From Ylistrum balloti (Eukaryota): DNA of 64,000 nucleotides. The stretch covers positions 992,001 to 1,056,000 of the forward strand of contig NW_026781941.1 of assembly GCF_031769215.1 (NCBI RefSeq), read 5' to 3'. The position numbers and the translations under genes are program-made. Of this stretch, positions 1 through 13,700 are shown piece after piece; within the stretch, counting starts at the first letter, position 1, and each line of letters opens with the position of its first letter. The notes below the pieces were generated by a model, which saw only the letters and a list, made by a program, of their open reading frames with translations, was not told the origin of the DNA and searched no databases.

Positions 1-99
1 TTTCCATGATGCAGATGGTAGTTTTGGTTAGGAGTAGGTAACTGTAACAAGTGATACCTATATTTTGACAGTAAAGTGGAGCTCAATCCAACTGGTGAA

Positions 100-440
100 A
101 CTTAAGAAGTTTGAAAAAGGTGTTGCACAATCATGTTACAAAATCACCTCCCAGACTGCTGCATCAAAGTTTTGACAAGGTTGAAAAAGAACACTTTGTT
201 GGCTACCATTTTTCTTAACATTCCCAACAATGTTTTGCTCAATGGCAGCAGTGGAACCGAGAAATTTGAATTAAATTTTTTCCAGATGGTGGCCATCTTG
301 GATTTCAAACATAACCGAAAAATAACAACACTTGGTCAGGACTATCTCAGGATCATTTCACACATTCCACTGGTGGAACTTGAAGAGCTTGAAATGTATA
401 CACCCAATGGATGAAGCACGACGGCCATTGCAATTTTTTT
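100..440. mobile_element. Fragment of an interspersed non-autonomous repeat
   Basis: Modules such as GGTGGCCATCTTGGATTT and ACACTTGGTCAGGAC resemble abundant mollusc Helitron-N-type repeats; from recall only. Confidence 0.35.
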
Positions 441-1372
441 CATTTTTTGACACTTTGTTATCACAATTTGAAGCTCTGTACTAAGTTAATTGTCCAGCGA
501 CTTTTCTAATTTTAGAAATTTACCAGTCAGTCTGAGGGATGGTCAATGTTTCATCCATTCCATCTCATAAGTGATGTTATTTAGAACGGGACAGAGTGAC
601 GAAACAATCATCTGTATACAATGAATGAGTATCAATTAAACAAAATTGTATTTTTTACACTTTTACAAGAGACTTTTAATCACCAAACAGTAAACTGTTT
701 GAAGTCATTTGCTCTCTTCACTTGACAAAAAACAAAATCAACATACTTTTTGAAAGCCTGCTAAGTCTTCATAACTGGTTGTATTCAAGATTATCATGTT
801 TTTGATAACCACAGGATACTTTAATACCCCGAAAAGCAAAATCAAAACATGCCAACATTTGTATCAATTTTATTAATATGTTCACACAATTTAACATGTA
901 CAAGCCTAATGGAATTGTAATCGAAAAGTATTTACATTTCAATTTAAGATCTGTAATATGTGGCCATCCAGTGACATTAAAGGTAAAAGGTCATGATATG
1001 AATATAAAGAAATCAGAAATTGGAACAACCTACTCTTCCCTACACATACTCAACTACACTCAACATTTTTATAAATCTCATCAGCTAAAAAGCATTCAGC
1101 AAGTTTGGGTTGAGGTGACCTTTCTGACATAAATTAAAAACTGAATATGCTGGATTCAATTCATATTAAAATCTGACATTAAAAGTTTAATCATTAATGG
1201 ATACTGGTATTAAAATATTGTTAAAGATGTTTGTTTTGCAGCAGCTGATGACGATGACGGCTTCCACTTGAATTTTGACTTTAGTTCACTCGATGATAGT
1301 AGAAATAAACCAGTTCTCACTAAAAACATAAATTCATAAATATTTCAATTGATTTATCTAGATATTCCATCA

Positions 1373-3354
1373 TCATGAGGATTTAGAATTTTCCTTAAGG
1401 TAAGCAATTAAGTCTTTTCGTTCCTTGGCCTTCTTGATACCAGCAAACACCATCTTTGTTCCCGGGATGTATTTCTTGGGGTTCTCCAAGTATTCAAACA
1501 GGGTCTCCTCGCTCCACACTATACCTATTTGTTGGTAAACACAAGAAAATTCACTATTAAATTATCTGAACACAAATGACTTGCAACACATTTATTCATA
1601 TCATATACCTGGAATTAAATGTCGTTATTTAATTCACTATATGTTACTGTAAATTACTGAAGATTTTGTGATCAGTGATTTAGAAATGACTTTAAATTTG
1701 TGAATGATAGGCTGTTTGATATATTGACTCCAACTACAGTAGACAAATTAGCATCAATGTTCAAATAATCATGAAGGATTTTAGTTCATGATTTGCTCTC
1801 ATCACCTTATGAACAAGAAATTAACAGTATACAAAATGTTTGTATACATTGAATTAAACCGTTTCGTGTAATTCTTGGTCTGTTTATTTGTTGGAGAAAT
1901 ATATGTCTAGATACCAACCTTTCTTCTTGTTGGCTTCAGTGTAGGTAAATCCTGATGCTTGTCCTGTTTGTCTGCCAAAAGCTCCGTACAGGTTAGGCCC
2001 AACTTTGTTAGCACCACCTTCATTGATGGTATGGCACTGAGCACACTTCTGAACAAATACCTTCTTTCCTTTAGCTGCGTCACCCCTTTTAAAGAAAAAG
2101 TTGGTATTAAGTACTGAGGTTTATCACTAACTACCCTAATGTCATCTCTTCTCCATTCTTGTTTTCATCTGCCAGAACTAAATTTTCTAATATGTATTTT
2201 CATTTTGGTGTTGTACACTCAACTTTGATCATGTGTCACATCAGACAACAGACATTAAGTCACAACTTTGTCAATGGTTGTAAATCATCTTTTTAAAACA
2301 TTTGAGTTAATAATTTCATTAAATTCGAGTTGCTGTCACACAATAGACCAATTTCATGTGACTCTTATTCAAATCGATTCTCAAATAATTACAAGGGCGA
2401 GGGGAGGGGTGTATAGTAAAGGAACTTTCTAAATTTATTTTTGAACAAAGTTTAATACTAAAGCCTGCTATATTTCTCCAAGATGGTTGTAAATTTGCAA
2501 GCCTATCCAAAGTGACAGTATGTTAACACAAAATTGCCGAATTCCTTCCTGAAAGACTTACCTCTGTAATATTTTCATGGGAGTGCGCTTCTGGTGAAAA
2601 CTCCGTATCGATATCAAGACTCAAAGTTAAAGATTTCCTACGGTTTTTTTTACACGATATTGAGAAGTAACATGACCCATGTCGAAGATCAGAGATCGGA
2701 TTACTAAGCAACCATCTTGGATTGAAGAAGGTACTCGGTTCAATTCATAAACCATTTCTCAGAGAAATAGGAAGTTGAATTCACCTTTTTTAACCTCAGA
2801 GGAGTTCAATGACAAAAAAAGTGTTTTCAAGGTTTAAAAACATTTTAAAAAGTAAGCAACTTAACACTTACTCAATATTATTTCTACATGGCTCCAAATA
2901 TAAATTTTCAACACGAATCCAAGGAGCATTCGGCTACATAGGCTAATTTTGAGCAATACATATACGTGAAAAGAGGAACAGTTGACATTGTCATGAGATA
3001 AAGGGCATTGACCTTTAAACTGTCGTACACACAATTGCTGACAGTCATGGAGTTTCAGATTAATATTGTAAAAAATGATAACACAAAACGAGAAAACGGA
3101 ATGGATACTCTGACTGCAAGAGCAAACTATCAGTTACGAAACAGCGACTTCTGACCATTTACATCGCAATGACATGTGGTCGTCCTTGAATTCCTTGTAA
3201 AGCGCCGGCTTCGATATTAGGCGTTTTATATCGTCAAATAACATCAAATCATACTTAAAATATCGCTTGATTATGTAGCTCAAACTAGCAATCATTGATT
3301 CATCCATTTGCAATGTCGATTTCAAAGTTCCCATTCATGAAACGGTACTTACAT
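1373..3354 (-). CDS. CYCS: Mitochondrial cytochrome c, 3 coding exons, 106 aa
   Basis: Exons (minus): 3354-3353 (AT), 2085-1919, 1524-1373; all introns GT-AG; total 321 nt. Protein [106 protein letters not shown], with CxxCH heme motif and Met80 ligand (GTKM). The first exon is inferred from a GTAAGT donor at 3352 whose upstream AT completes the ATG. Not in the ORF track. Confidence 0.96.
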
Positions 3355-3418
3355 TTTCACAACGTGTTCTCGCTGATCTGACTGGTGGATGCCTACCGGT
3401 CGCAGAGGACGATGGGTC

Positions 3419-3426
3419 TGACGTCA
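3419..3426. promoter_or_regulatory. Full palindromic CRE (TGACGTCA) upstream of cytochrome c
   Basis: Exact 8-mer 64 nt upstream of the first coding base, in a locally CpG-rich stretch; function inferred. Confidence 0.5.
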
Positions 3427-6400
3427 CAAATGAGCACGTAGGACGATTCTATTATAGGGTATTATTCTATTTATGTAACGGAATCATTTTGAAGAAATTA
3501 TCGAGTCGATGGCTGTTTAAACGTCAAGACTTAATAGACATAAGGACTTTAGTTAACGGGAGATACTTTGACTTAATTGCATAATTTTCTGATGGACACT
3601 GTGTGATGAAATATATCCTTGTGTCCCCTCAATATGGATTCGTCAATGACCCTTCTGATACAGTGACGTTCCATGTACACTCACGAATTTTAAATAAAAA
3701 AAAATCCTTGCAATTTTCTCCTTACGACGTTGATAATCTCATTTATAAAACTGTTGCTAATAGAATATATTTGTATTCAACAAATTATATAACCTCCGCC
3801 CAGCCACAAGGGTCAGAAAACATTCACTTCCGGGGAAGGTAATAGGGATCAGTCATTACATCAGCCTAGGCCAGGTGCTTTGGTTATAAAACTGAAAACA
3901 AGTTAGTTACGTAAATCTACAAATGGAATACATAAATATAAAATACAGAATAAATATAGCCTCAAATATAATTTATTATTCTAATATTAAAGACATTTAT
4001 TGTGTTGCAAAGTACAGAAATATTGAGCTTCTAGTTCAAAGCTGACTACATATATTTGGATAAGTAATATTATGCAATGACAGCGCGTAATATTATGCAA
4101 TGACAGCGCGGTCAAAGGATTTTGTTATTCCCGTGGCTGTCAGTCAGCCCCTTTTGTTATGACTCATACACCAATGGCATTAAACATTTATGCTTCAATA
4201 AAAAAGGAAAAGAATTGTCCTTTCAGGGCACAAAACGGTAATTTGACCAACAGTTTTACAGTAAGCACTAAAGTACCCCACTTCCTTTATTACAAGTACA
4301 CTTAAAGGTACTAGACCTAGACGTACTAGTATTGTCACAACAAATATAGCGAACAATGTTACACAATGTATTTAATCTGTGGCAATACCGATAGTGTAAA
4401 TGATTTCGGAACAAAGAGGCTTAATCTTTTTTATTTTTGTTATTTTTATAGTTTTTTTTTTTGTTTGTTGTGTGTGTGTCATTTTTTGTTTGTTTATTGA
4501 ATTTTTTCGCTTGATAATTTGTTACCAACCGAATCCTAAAGTAATTTCGGTATACAACGAATGTTGATTTCATCACCTGATATATTAACCAAGTACTAAA
4601 ACAGAGAATGAACTATCCGAGAGGTGAGAACTTAAAAGTCATCTATATTGAGATTCGCTATATTTCGGATTGTAAGTGATATTACTTGCGGATACGATTA
4701 AACTACACATACTGTAATGTCAGATGTTTAATAAATGAAAACAGAAAACAAATAAAATATCGGAAAAACTTACTGTACTTAAGTATTGGTCACAAGGAAC
4801 AATATTGAAATAAGTTAAACAATTCCTGATGGCAGCACTTGAATTTTTGGACTTTGCTGTTATCAAGTTTATATTAAGTTCTAATTCCTTTTATCATTTC
4901 AATACATCTTTCATTATCTTCCCATATTGGACTTAATCATGTCTATTTCATCTGTCTATATAATCTCCACAAATCTCTTTTTATCTTCACATTTAATTTG
5001 ATCATCTCCATCAATCTGCCTCCATCATCTCCACATTTTTTCCATTTTTCTCCCGTTTTTTAATCTCCACATACCTTTTGTTTTTTTCATTACTACACTT
5101 CCCTGTAACATTTTTAGGCACCTCTGATTACCATATTGAGACATCTATGATCAATTCTAAAACATTAAGCTAAAATATAGTTTACATATCGGCTCTTTAA
5201 GAATCTTTTACAGCACGGGAAGTAATTGAAAGCAATTCAATGCCAATATTTTACTGATAATGTTATTTGACTTTTACTTTCTTTTTCTCTCATATTTTTA
5301 AAGAAAATTCAAAATTCCCGCACATTGACTGTTATGAAATGATAACCAGCAATTTCTTCACAACAGATATACGTTGTCAGAGCAAGAAGCTGTTAAAAAT
5401 TTGACAATAAATACAGTATCTTCTGTCATCATCCACACAATCTCTTTTTCATCGTAATAAAATAAATCAATTTTAGTCTCATCACTGTTCACCATAGAAG
5501 AATTTTAAGTTACTGGATCAGTCATGACGTCAGATCCGAGTTGTCCAGTGAGGCCACAAAAAGAACCACTGAATCAGTTGAAATCGCTGTGGCTCTTCTG
5601 TACTCTTTTTCTAATTTGTTTTGGGAAAATTAATTGCCTGGATCCTGTCCATGAAATTATGGAAATGTTTAAATTGCTGAAGAATTTTTTTTCCACCTTT
5701 GAGTATATCATACTCATAGTTTCTGTTAAATTAAAGTGATAAACAACTTTATGATTTGGTAATCTGTATTTGGCGCAAATTCCGATAGATTTATTACAAA
5801 CTGTACAATGGTATTGTGCATTTACTTCCATCAACATTCAGCAAGATAACATACATAGCAGCAATATGATCAACATAATTCAATAAATAATCTACCCCCA
5901 CTGATATACAAAGGAAACCCTAACTAAAACCACATAGAAGAGGATATTTACAGGTAGTATCATCCTACGTCAGTAGACTGTGAGTCATAATTTCTTCAGT
6001 TATTTTTAAAAACAAGTATTAATGTTCGTTTGTTAGAATTGAGAGAAAAGTTGACTACAATTTCCTTTTTTGGTAGTCTCACTTACACATCCTCTTTATA
6101 TTTTTTTCATGAAATGCAAACAATCAATTCATCTTTAACACAAGTTAAATTTCGACAAGAAATTTTGAGGTTGGACACAGGACATCAGTATTATACAAAT
6201 GACTAATATAAAATTCAAAACATACAATAAGCCAATTGTACATGTTATATTAGTAATATTTACCTCTTCATGAACATTTGTTGTTTATTTCAATCATTTT
6301 CATTTTTATGTTTTTCCTTTTTCAAAAATAATGTCAAAGTCCACACACATTACAGTCTGAACCTAGTGAATATAACATTTTGTATCAATCAAAATCCTTA

Positions 6401-9400
6401 ATTTACAACACATCCATGCAAAACAATGTCTATGTACCTTGGTTTATCCACAACTACCTATCTACCACTAACAAGTAGACATTTGATGATTAAGAACAAT
6501 ACCTGCTAGCTTACTCACTATGTACTGGTTGTATAATATTTACATTCAACTTTATCAAAACTCACTCCAGTTCATTTAAAGGGACATTCCTTCGTTCAAT
6601 CATTTTCCAAATTTATACCTAAAAGACACTACCTATCTGTGTTGATACATGTATCAGCATGACAAAATGTGCATCATGTATATATACTGTCTATAGCCCA
6701 CATAAATCTCTATACTTCAGGCCGAATATCAAACGTTTTATAATTAGATCACTGTGAGTTATTAATATAAAGTTATCAACTTTTACTTCTCTAGAAAATT
6801 AAATATTATCCCATTAGTTTTATATTTTTATTGACTTTCCACTCAGGAATGACCCTTTTATCATGTAGTTTACCAGTAAGTTTATTCAGTAACACAAAGT
6901 TTTCTTGTGCAGTGTGTTTTGCATAAAATCTGTTGCAAGCTCTCAAGAAGATCACTTGCTAAGACAATTGCTGTGGTGACTAGAGCATCTTGTTCAAACA
7001 CACCCAGCATCCACTTTGATGGATATGAACGTAAACTTCAAGTCTAACCAAAAACTTAGCTAGAAGGTTTTTGCTCCTCCCAAAAAGGTGAGGTTCAATA
7101 TTTGCTAGAAATTGGAAATAAGTAAATGAAAATTAAATTTGAAAAGAATTATAAAGTTCAAGAAATTAGGGGCATGAAAAAAAAACCTAACTGAAAAACA
7201 AAAAATGATCTAAACATTGAGCCTAACCACATAGTATTTGTAGCCATTTCAAGGTCTAGTAGTGAAACACCAAAGTATTGCAGGTTAACAGAAAAAATAG
7301 TATCAAAATATATTATGCTAAAAATTTACATGTGCTATGTCTCTAATGAAAGTAAAGAAGTGTTTGAGAATAAAATTTTTTTTCTCCTTTCCTTATACTC
7401 AGAAGTTTCGTAAAGGACAACACATCTAGAAGTAAAGATATGCATACTGAATCACTAACTTTACAAAAAAACAGATGCTGATTTTTTTGTTAAGAAAGTA
7501 TTGAGTATCAGAACCACTGTATAAAGATCAAATTGTGAATTATGATTCGGAACCTGCATGTCATTACAAAGACAGTGAATTTCAAAACATTCTTATTATA
7601 ACTGCATAATCACAAATTAAGCACTTCCATTTAATGATCTATGGAAGCTCAAGTAGATTAAGTAAGGCTAGACACAACACAGGATCATTTTGTTGGTGTT
7701 TGGATCACTTTGACTACAAAGACACACAACCAGTTTTAAAGTCAACCCTACACAAGAAGATACACTGTATATAAAGTTATTTATGTTTACCTCAAACTAA
7801 ATATATGAAGACAACATTTTCTTTAAAGATGCAAACATCAAGTTTGCCATATATCATATATATAGCAAGTAACTAGTTTCCCGAAAATTTAAAATAAGAA
7901 CAAAACTATTCACAAACAGTTACGTGTATAAGCTTATATGATGTAAATAGGCATCACACAGTTATAGTGTTTATTAACTAGATAACATAAATCTTGCCAT
8001 ATATACAATGTAATGTGGATACTGAGTTGTCTCCCTTTGCCATACTCTCTCAATAAATCATTCTCACTCTTACACACTGAAAGACGTGTCTGATTTGAGA
8101 AAATATACAATGCAGCTATTTATTATGTACAAACATGAGTTTTACAAACAAAAGCTTTTGACATATTAATTCAAATCATAAATTAGCACTTTACAAGGGA
8201 AAATAATGAAAAGTGGGCAATATATAAACCCCATAACCCTCAATTCTGTTTATCAGGACTCCATCGCTCAAACTTGAATATTAACTTCATACTAAACCAA
8301 CACCAATATATGCTAATATCATAAACTGTCAGCATCCTCCAGTCTCCCAAATTTTCTAAGAGTTAATCTCAATGGCATCAAAAATCCTTATAAGCAATTT
8401 GAAAAATATCTTTGTGTTCCAAATCTTTTAGAGGTACCAAGTATACCTGTATCTGATATTAAAAAGCTTTTACTGGCAACTGACTGAGTTTTCAAATTTT
8501 TGTCTTTGTTTTTTATCTGTTATAAGGTGATCAATGGCAAGCAACAAAGATAAAATGATGACTGTTCACATCATCCATTGAAAAGAAAAACTGAAACGCA
8601 AGCCATATCTAATCATACTGTTAATCACATTAGGAGAATTATATTATAGTTAGCACCGAGCATTACAACAAAGTCACTATGGAATCTGGCCATTTATCTA
8701 ATGCAAAATTACCGGGTGTAATGATTTATGTAATTTGTCTATTTCTATTAGTGTTTTATCTCAATCATGACAAGTCAATGTAAATCCTTTCAGGGTCACA
8801 CTTAGATACAAACTGAAGTCTCTCTATGACACAGCTTCGTTTTGACTCTCAAGACACTTATACAAAGTAAAATGAATCATTTCTTTTTCATCTCATATGC
8901 ATGGAAAACCATGTATATCTTGTGTATATAGTAACAATTCATTTAAAGTCAACATAATTGTAAATCAAATATGCATAAGAAATGTAAAATCAAAATTCAT
9001 TCCTCCACATAAAGTAAAACAACATCATATCAGTATATAGTTACATTTAAATGAGACGGGCAAACTGTTCCCTTTCTCTGCAACGGTCTTGATGTACGAT
9101 ACCTGGTTGATAAATTTATGCAAACTTACTCATGCTTAAAGGTTATAGGTATTATTATTTGCTAACATGAAAAATGATCAGATAGTTTACCTGCCAAAAT
9201 TTTTCCTTCAAACTAATACTGGCACTGACTAATTTTTTTGAGGTTTCAAATTCTCATAGTTTAACAAAAAAGCTTGAACACATTTTCAAAAATAGACAAA
9301 AAACAAAAAAGAAGCACATAGGTCTTTTATAGTTTAACTAGCTTTCAGAAGGATCTCTAATCAGATACTTTCCCTCTTAGAATGAATCAATAAAACTGAA

Positions 9401-10782
9401 AAGAGTAGGAGAAACTCCTGAAGCCAGGTTTCCAATCAATATATCCTTCTTTTATCTATGATACTGGTAACTGACATGTTTCAGCATGCTAGCTATATAG
9501 CCAGACCGTCATCAGGGTACAGCTTACATGATGTACATGTAGTTAAGAAAGACCAGACCTCCACAGCCAAGTGGTTCTAAAATAATGAGCCTGTAATAAA
9601 CCTGGTTCTTATCGTATAGTCAGAAGTTATATGTTGGCTTCCTGGGCTTATTAGAAGATAGATAAGTCAGTACATGTACAGGGGGTTCAACATTTAGTTG
9701 AATGTCTCTACAAATTGGCATTATTCCTGATAATACCCTATGCTGTGGAAATATTGAAATACTCTCAATGTTATGTTCTTCTATAGCGTCACAGCATTTA
9801 AATGTACTGGGTAAATTACTAAATGCTTTCTAAATTTCTAAAATGTAAGACATTTCAATAATGACTGTTATCATAAAAAAACACCATAATTTCTTTAATT
9901 AATTATAATATTAAATCAATAAAAATGAAGTAAAAGCTGAATATGTTGAAAATTAACAATTAAGTACAAGTATGACATGAATAAAATACACTGTATCTAC
10001 TTTTCTTGATTCATAACAGGAAGTATACAAAATCAAGTTCACCTTCATGACATTTTCGTTTTGAAATTTCACCCAAACAATTGTTCAATATGTCTCATGA
10101 AAATTTAAAAAAAACTAATTACAATGTTTTGTATTAACAAGAAATTTTTAATACACTATTGCTGTAATAATTACATGTTTCCAGATACATGTAGTGCTAC
10201 ACATACTGTAAAATCATAGATTTTTGTGAGAGATTTATTTTCTTTGAATTCATGAACACACAAATGACAAACAAGTTCACATGGTCTATAGTGCTAGTGG
10301 ATTTGATGAGCAAGATTTCACCACCAAATCAAGTGTAAATAAAAAACGAGTATTTTTGGAAAATCACAAAATTTAAGCTTCACAAAAATATATGATTTTA
10401 TAATACAGGTATCACAAGGTCAACAGGAAATAAGTTTTGTTTGGAGATTAAATTAGTGGTGAAAGAAAAAATTTCTGAATGAAATTTTATTTACTGTAAC
10501 TATGAAAATAAAATTTGAACTAAAACAACTAGCATTGTTCTGCTCTCTTTAGATTATCAGATAGAATTTTGTTCCTTTAGACAAGGCATTTAATAGATCT
10601 AATAAGAAAAATCACTGTTTGAAGCATGCATTTTATCTACTAAATACTTTATCTTATCAAGTTATCTTTAAATTATACATGTTCCATACATATAAGTTTT
10701 AAATCATTATCTAATATCACAAACATTTGTTGTTATTTTTACGTAAGTTAGGATTGGTCGGTCTGTATACCACTTGGTCCTC

Positions 10783-13700
10783 TCATATTACACTACAGTA
10801 TCCGCCACATGCTGCCCCTTGACCTCCATTTGGACCTTGACTTGTAAGACTCATGCCTTGTTTGTCTGTCTCCCACAATCCAGGTGTCTGTATGATCTAT
10901 TAACAAAAAGGGCATGTGTTCAGTTCTTCTTTAACAAGAGTTCCATTGGTCCTGTATTGCTCACCTGGTTTAGTTTGCTGAAATTTATTAATCTAAACTA
11001 AAATAAAAGTTTTTAAATCCCTTGAATTGATTTCTCCTATTTGGCCCCATCCCTTTTTAAGGGGGTTAGAATCACTGTTTGTACAAAACTAAGTTTCCTT
11101 CACCCAAGGATACTTCAGATCAGATCTGGACAAAATTCAATCATTCCGACACAGGAAGGATTTTTTAAGTATTTGCTCTATTTCCAGTACCGGGTTTTAG
11201 GTAATTTAAATTTGGATTATGATTATATTGACAAGTTGATATTTTCTTGATTTTTTGAAGAATTTACTCTATTATTGCTTATTTCTCTGTATTGACATTA
11301 ACCTCCGGAGTCAGAGGTAATGTGTTGGCCCTTGGACCTATTGCAAGCTGGAAACATTATTATTATTCTTACTTTCACTTGTACATGTACTTTGTAGTCT
11401 AAATATATATATATATATATAACACATGAATCTTTGTCAAATACTTTGTATTCTTAAATTCAAAGAAATCAGTAACATATCTTTATATATTTCACCTATG
11501 TGACCTTAATGAAATTGCAAATATATTAATCTACATGTACTTTGTAGTCTAAAATTTTAAGCATGCTTCTTGTCAAATACTGCTTAAATTCAGAGGAAAT
11601 AGTTTGAAGATTTTATCATACTTGACTCATGTGACCTTGGAAGAAAGTTAAGGTCATTCACATACTTGATTCATGTGACCTTGAAAGTAGATTAAGGTTG
11701 TTAACTTCAACACACTTTAAATTTTACAAATGTCCTCGCTGCATAGTGAGTGTAGCAAAAGTAAAAGCAATCTTTTACATTGTTGATATATATATTTATT
11801 GATGGTGGATATGAATTCACTTAAAACATATACAGTATAGATCTTATATGTAAAAGATTACACTATAAAGATTCTTTTTCCCATCACGATTTCTACCTTT
11901 TCTACAAGTTCTTCGAAGGCACACTGCACGCCCTCCTTAGTTTTAGCACTGGCTTCTATAAACAGCATATGGTGTTTCCTGGCAAATTTTAGGCCCTCCT
12001 CTTTAGTAACCTCTCGTCTATCCTGCCAAAACAAATTTTCATACAAGACTTTTATCATCAAAGATACAAAATTTATCCCACACACACTGCATTCAACTCT
12101 GAAGTTTGACTTAACAACTATTTAAAAGGCTGACTGAATAACACACTGATATCCTGCATTTACAATTACAAAATCGATAATATGTGATTATCTGATACAT
12201 TTAAAAAAAAAAATTAACAGTGATTTTTTAGGTCAATATTGTGGCCTTACATTGTCTATCTTGTTTCCAACAAGCATTTTGATGAGATCATGTTTTGTTG
12301 AGAAAGTCTCTAATTCATTCAGCCATTGTTCTAGTTTGTTGAAAGAAGCTTTGCTAGTCACATCATAAACTGTAACAAAAATAAAGACATTTCAAAATCT
12401 TAAACATTTCTTTTGCTATTCAGTGGGACCAATAAAAGAATTATTAACCATTTCTCCACATACATCAGTTGGTTTACAAGTTCCATATGATACAAGGGTA
12501 TTTAACCTTATAAACAATAGCCACAAACAATCCAAATGTTGGTAGATTGAAATTAAACTCAACTTAAATGTGGAATAAAATAAATTAATCTGCAAAGAAA
12601 TTCCAATTATTTATTCACATGAGATTGCAAAAAGCTTGCATCACAAATTCATTGCAGCATGGAATGGTGTGATTTTTGTCTTCTTTCTTTCTGAATACAA
12701 TGCAAGTTACTACAAAAGTTTTGAACAATTCATACTTAAATATTTTACAATTAACAAAGAAGAACACAATTACCTAGAATGACACCCTGGGCTCCTCTGT
12801 AGTAACTTGGGGTCAGTGTTCTGAATCGCTCTTGTCCAGCTGTGTCCTGTCAAATACATTTCAATAATATAATAAATCCACTAACTAACTAATGACTTCT
12901 TTACCTTGCAAAAAGTCCATTACTTGTCTATTACTAATCAGCTAATTAACAACAGATAATGTTAAGCAATATCCCTGATTGAACACACTCTACAGCACTC
13001 AATTTTTACTCAAAAATATATTATTTTATCAGCTGCTTTCAGAAGAAAATACAACTGTACTCACCCAAATTGCAAGTTTGGCTTTGTTACCATCTATTTG
13101 TAGTGTTTTCACTTTAAAGTCAACACCTGTTGGGAATAAGAGATAGGATCCTCTTATTATAAAGGCCCATTAATTTCATGTGTACATATACCAAGGCATA
13201 CATGTACCTGCTTATCCTGGTATTTAAGTCATTTACTTAAAGTCAAAATGAAACACCTTTTTTATTTATTTTGTTCACACCATAAAAAGATGTTACTACA
13301 TGTACTTAAGTCAAACCTGCCTTAGATCCTGCTTATATCACAAATACATGACATTTAATACAAATAATTTTTCCTGGCTTCTTGAGTTCCATTTTACAGA
13401 TAGGTTTGACTGGGAACTTTAAATTACGACAGCCTTTGCTCAGATTGGATAATAAGCCCACACATGTTTTGAGTTGAAAGTTACAAATGTTTAAATAAAT
13501 GGTCATTGCAGTACAAGTAGACTCACCTATTGTGGCAGCCTGCTCTGGATCAAAGGTGTCATCTGTAAATCGCAGCAACAAACTAAAACAAAGTCAAATA
13601 AACTTTAATCATCTATACAAACAAAATGTTAGGTTTACGTCTAATTATCACATTCCTGATTCAAATCAATAACTAAAACATCCCTTCAAATTAAAGACCA

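Noticed and set aside
3134-3334. 66-aa ORF in cytochrome c intron 1
   Set aside because: No recognisable motif; open by chance in a GC/CpG-richer promoter-proximal region.
4065-4110. 23-bp tandem duplication TAATATTATGCAATGACAGCGCG
   Set aside because: Two copies only; an ordinary local slippage event.
6200-10782. Possible ~4.5-kb Rab18 3' UTR
   Set aside because: The gene-free AT-rich stretch fits, but the poly(A) site cannot be located from sequence alone.
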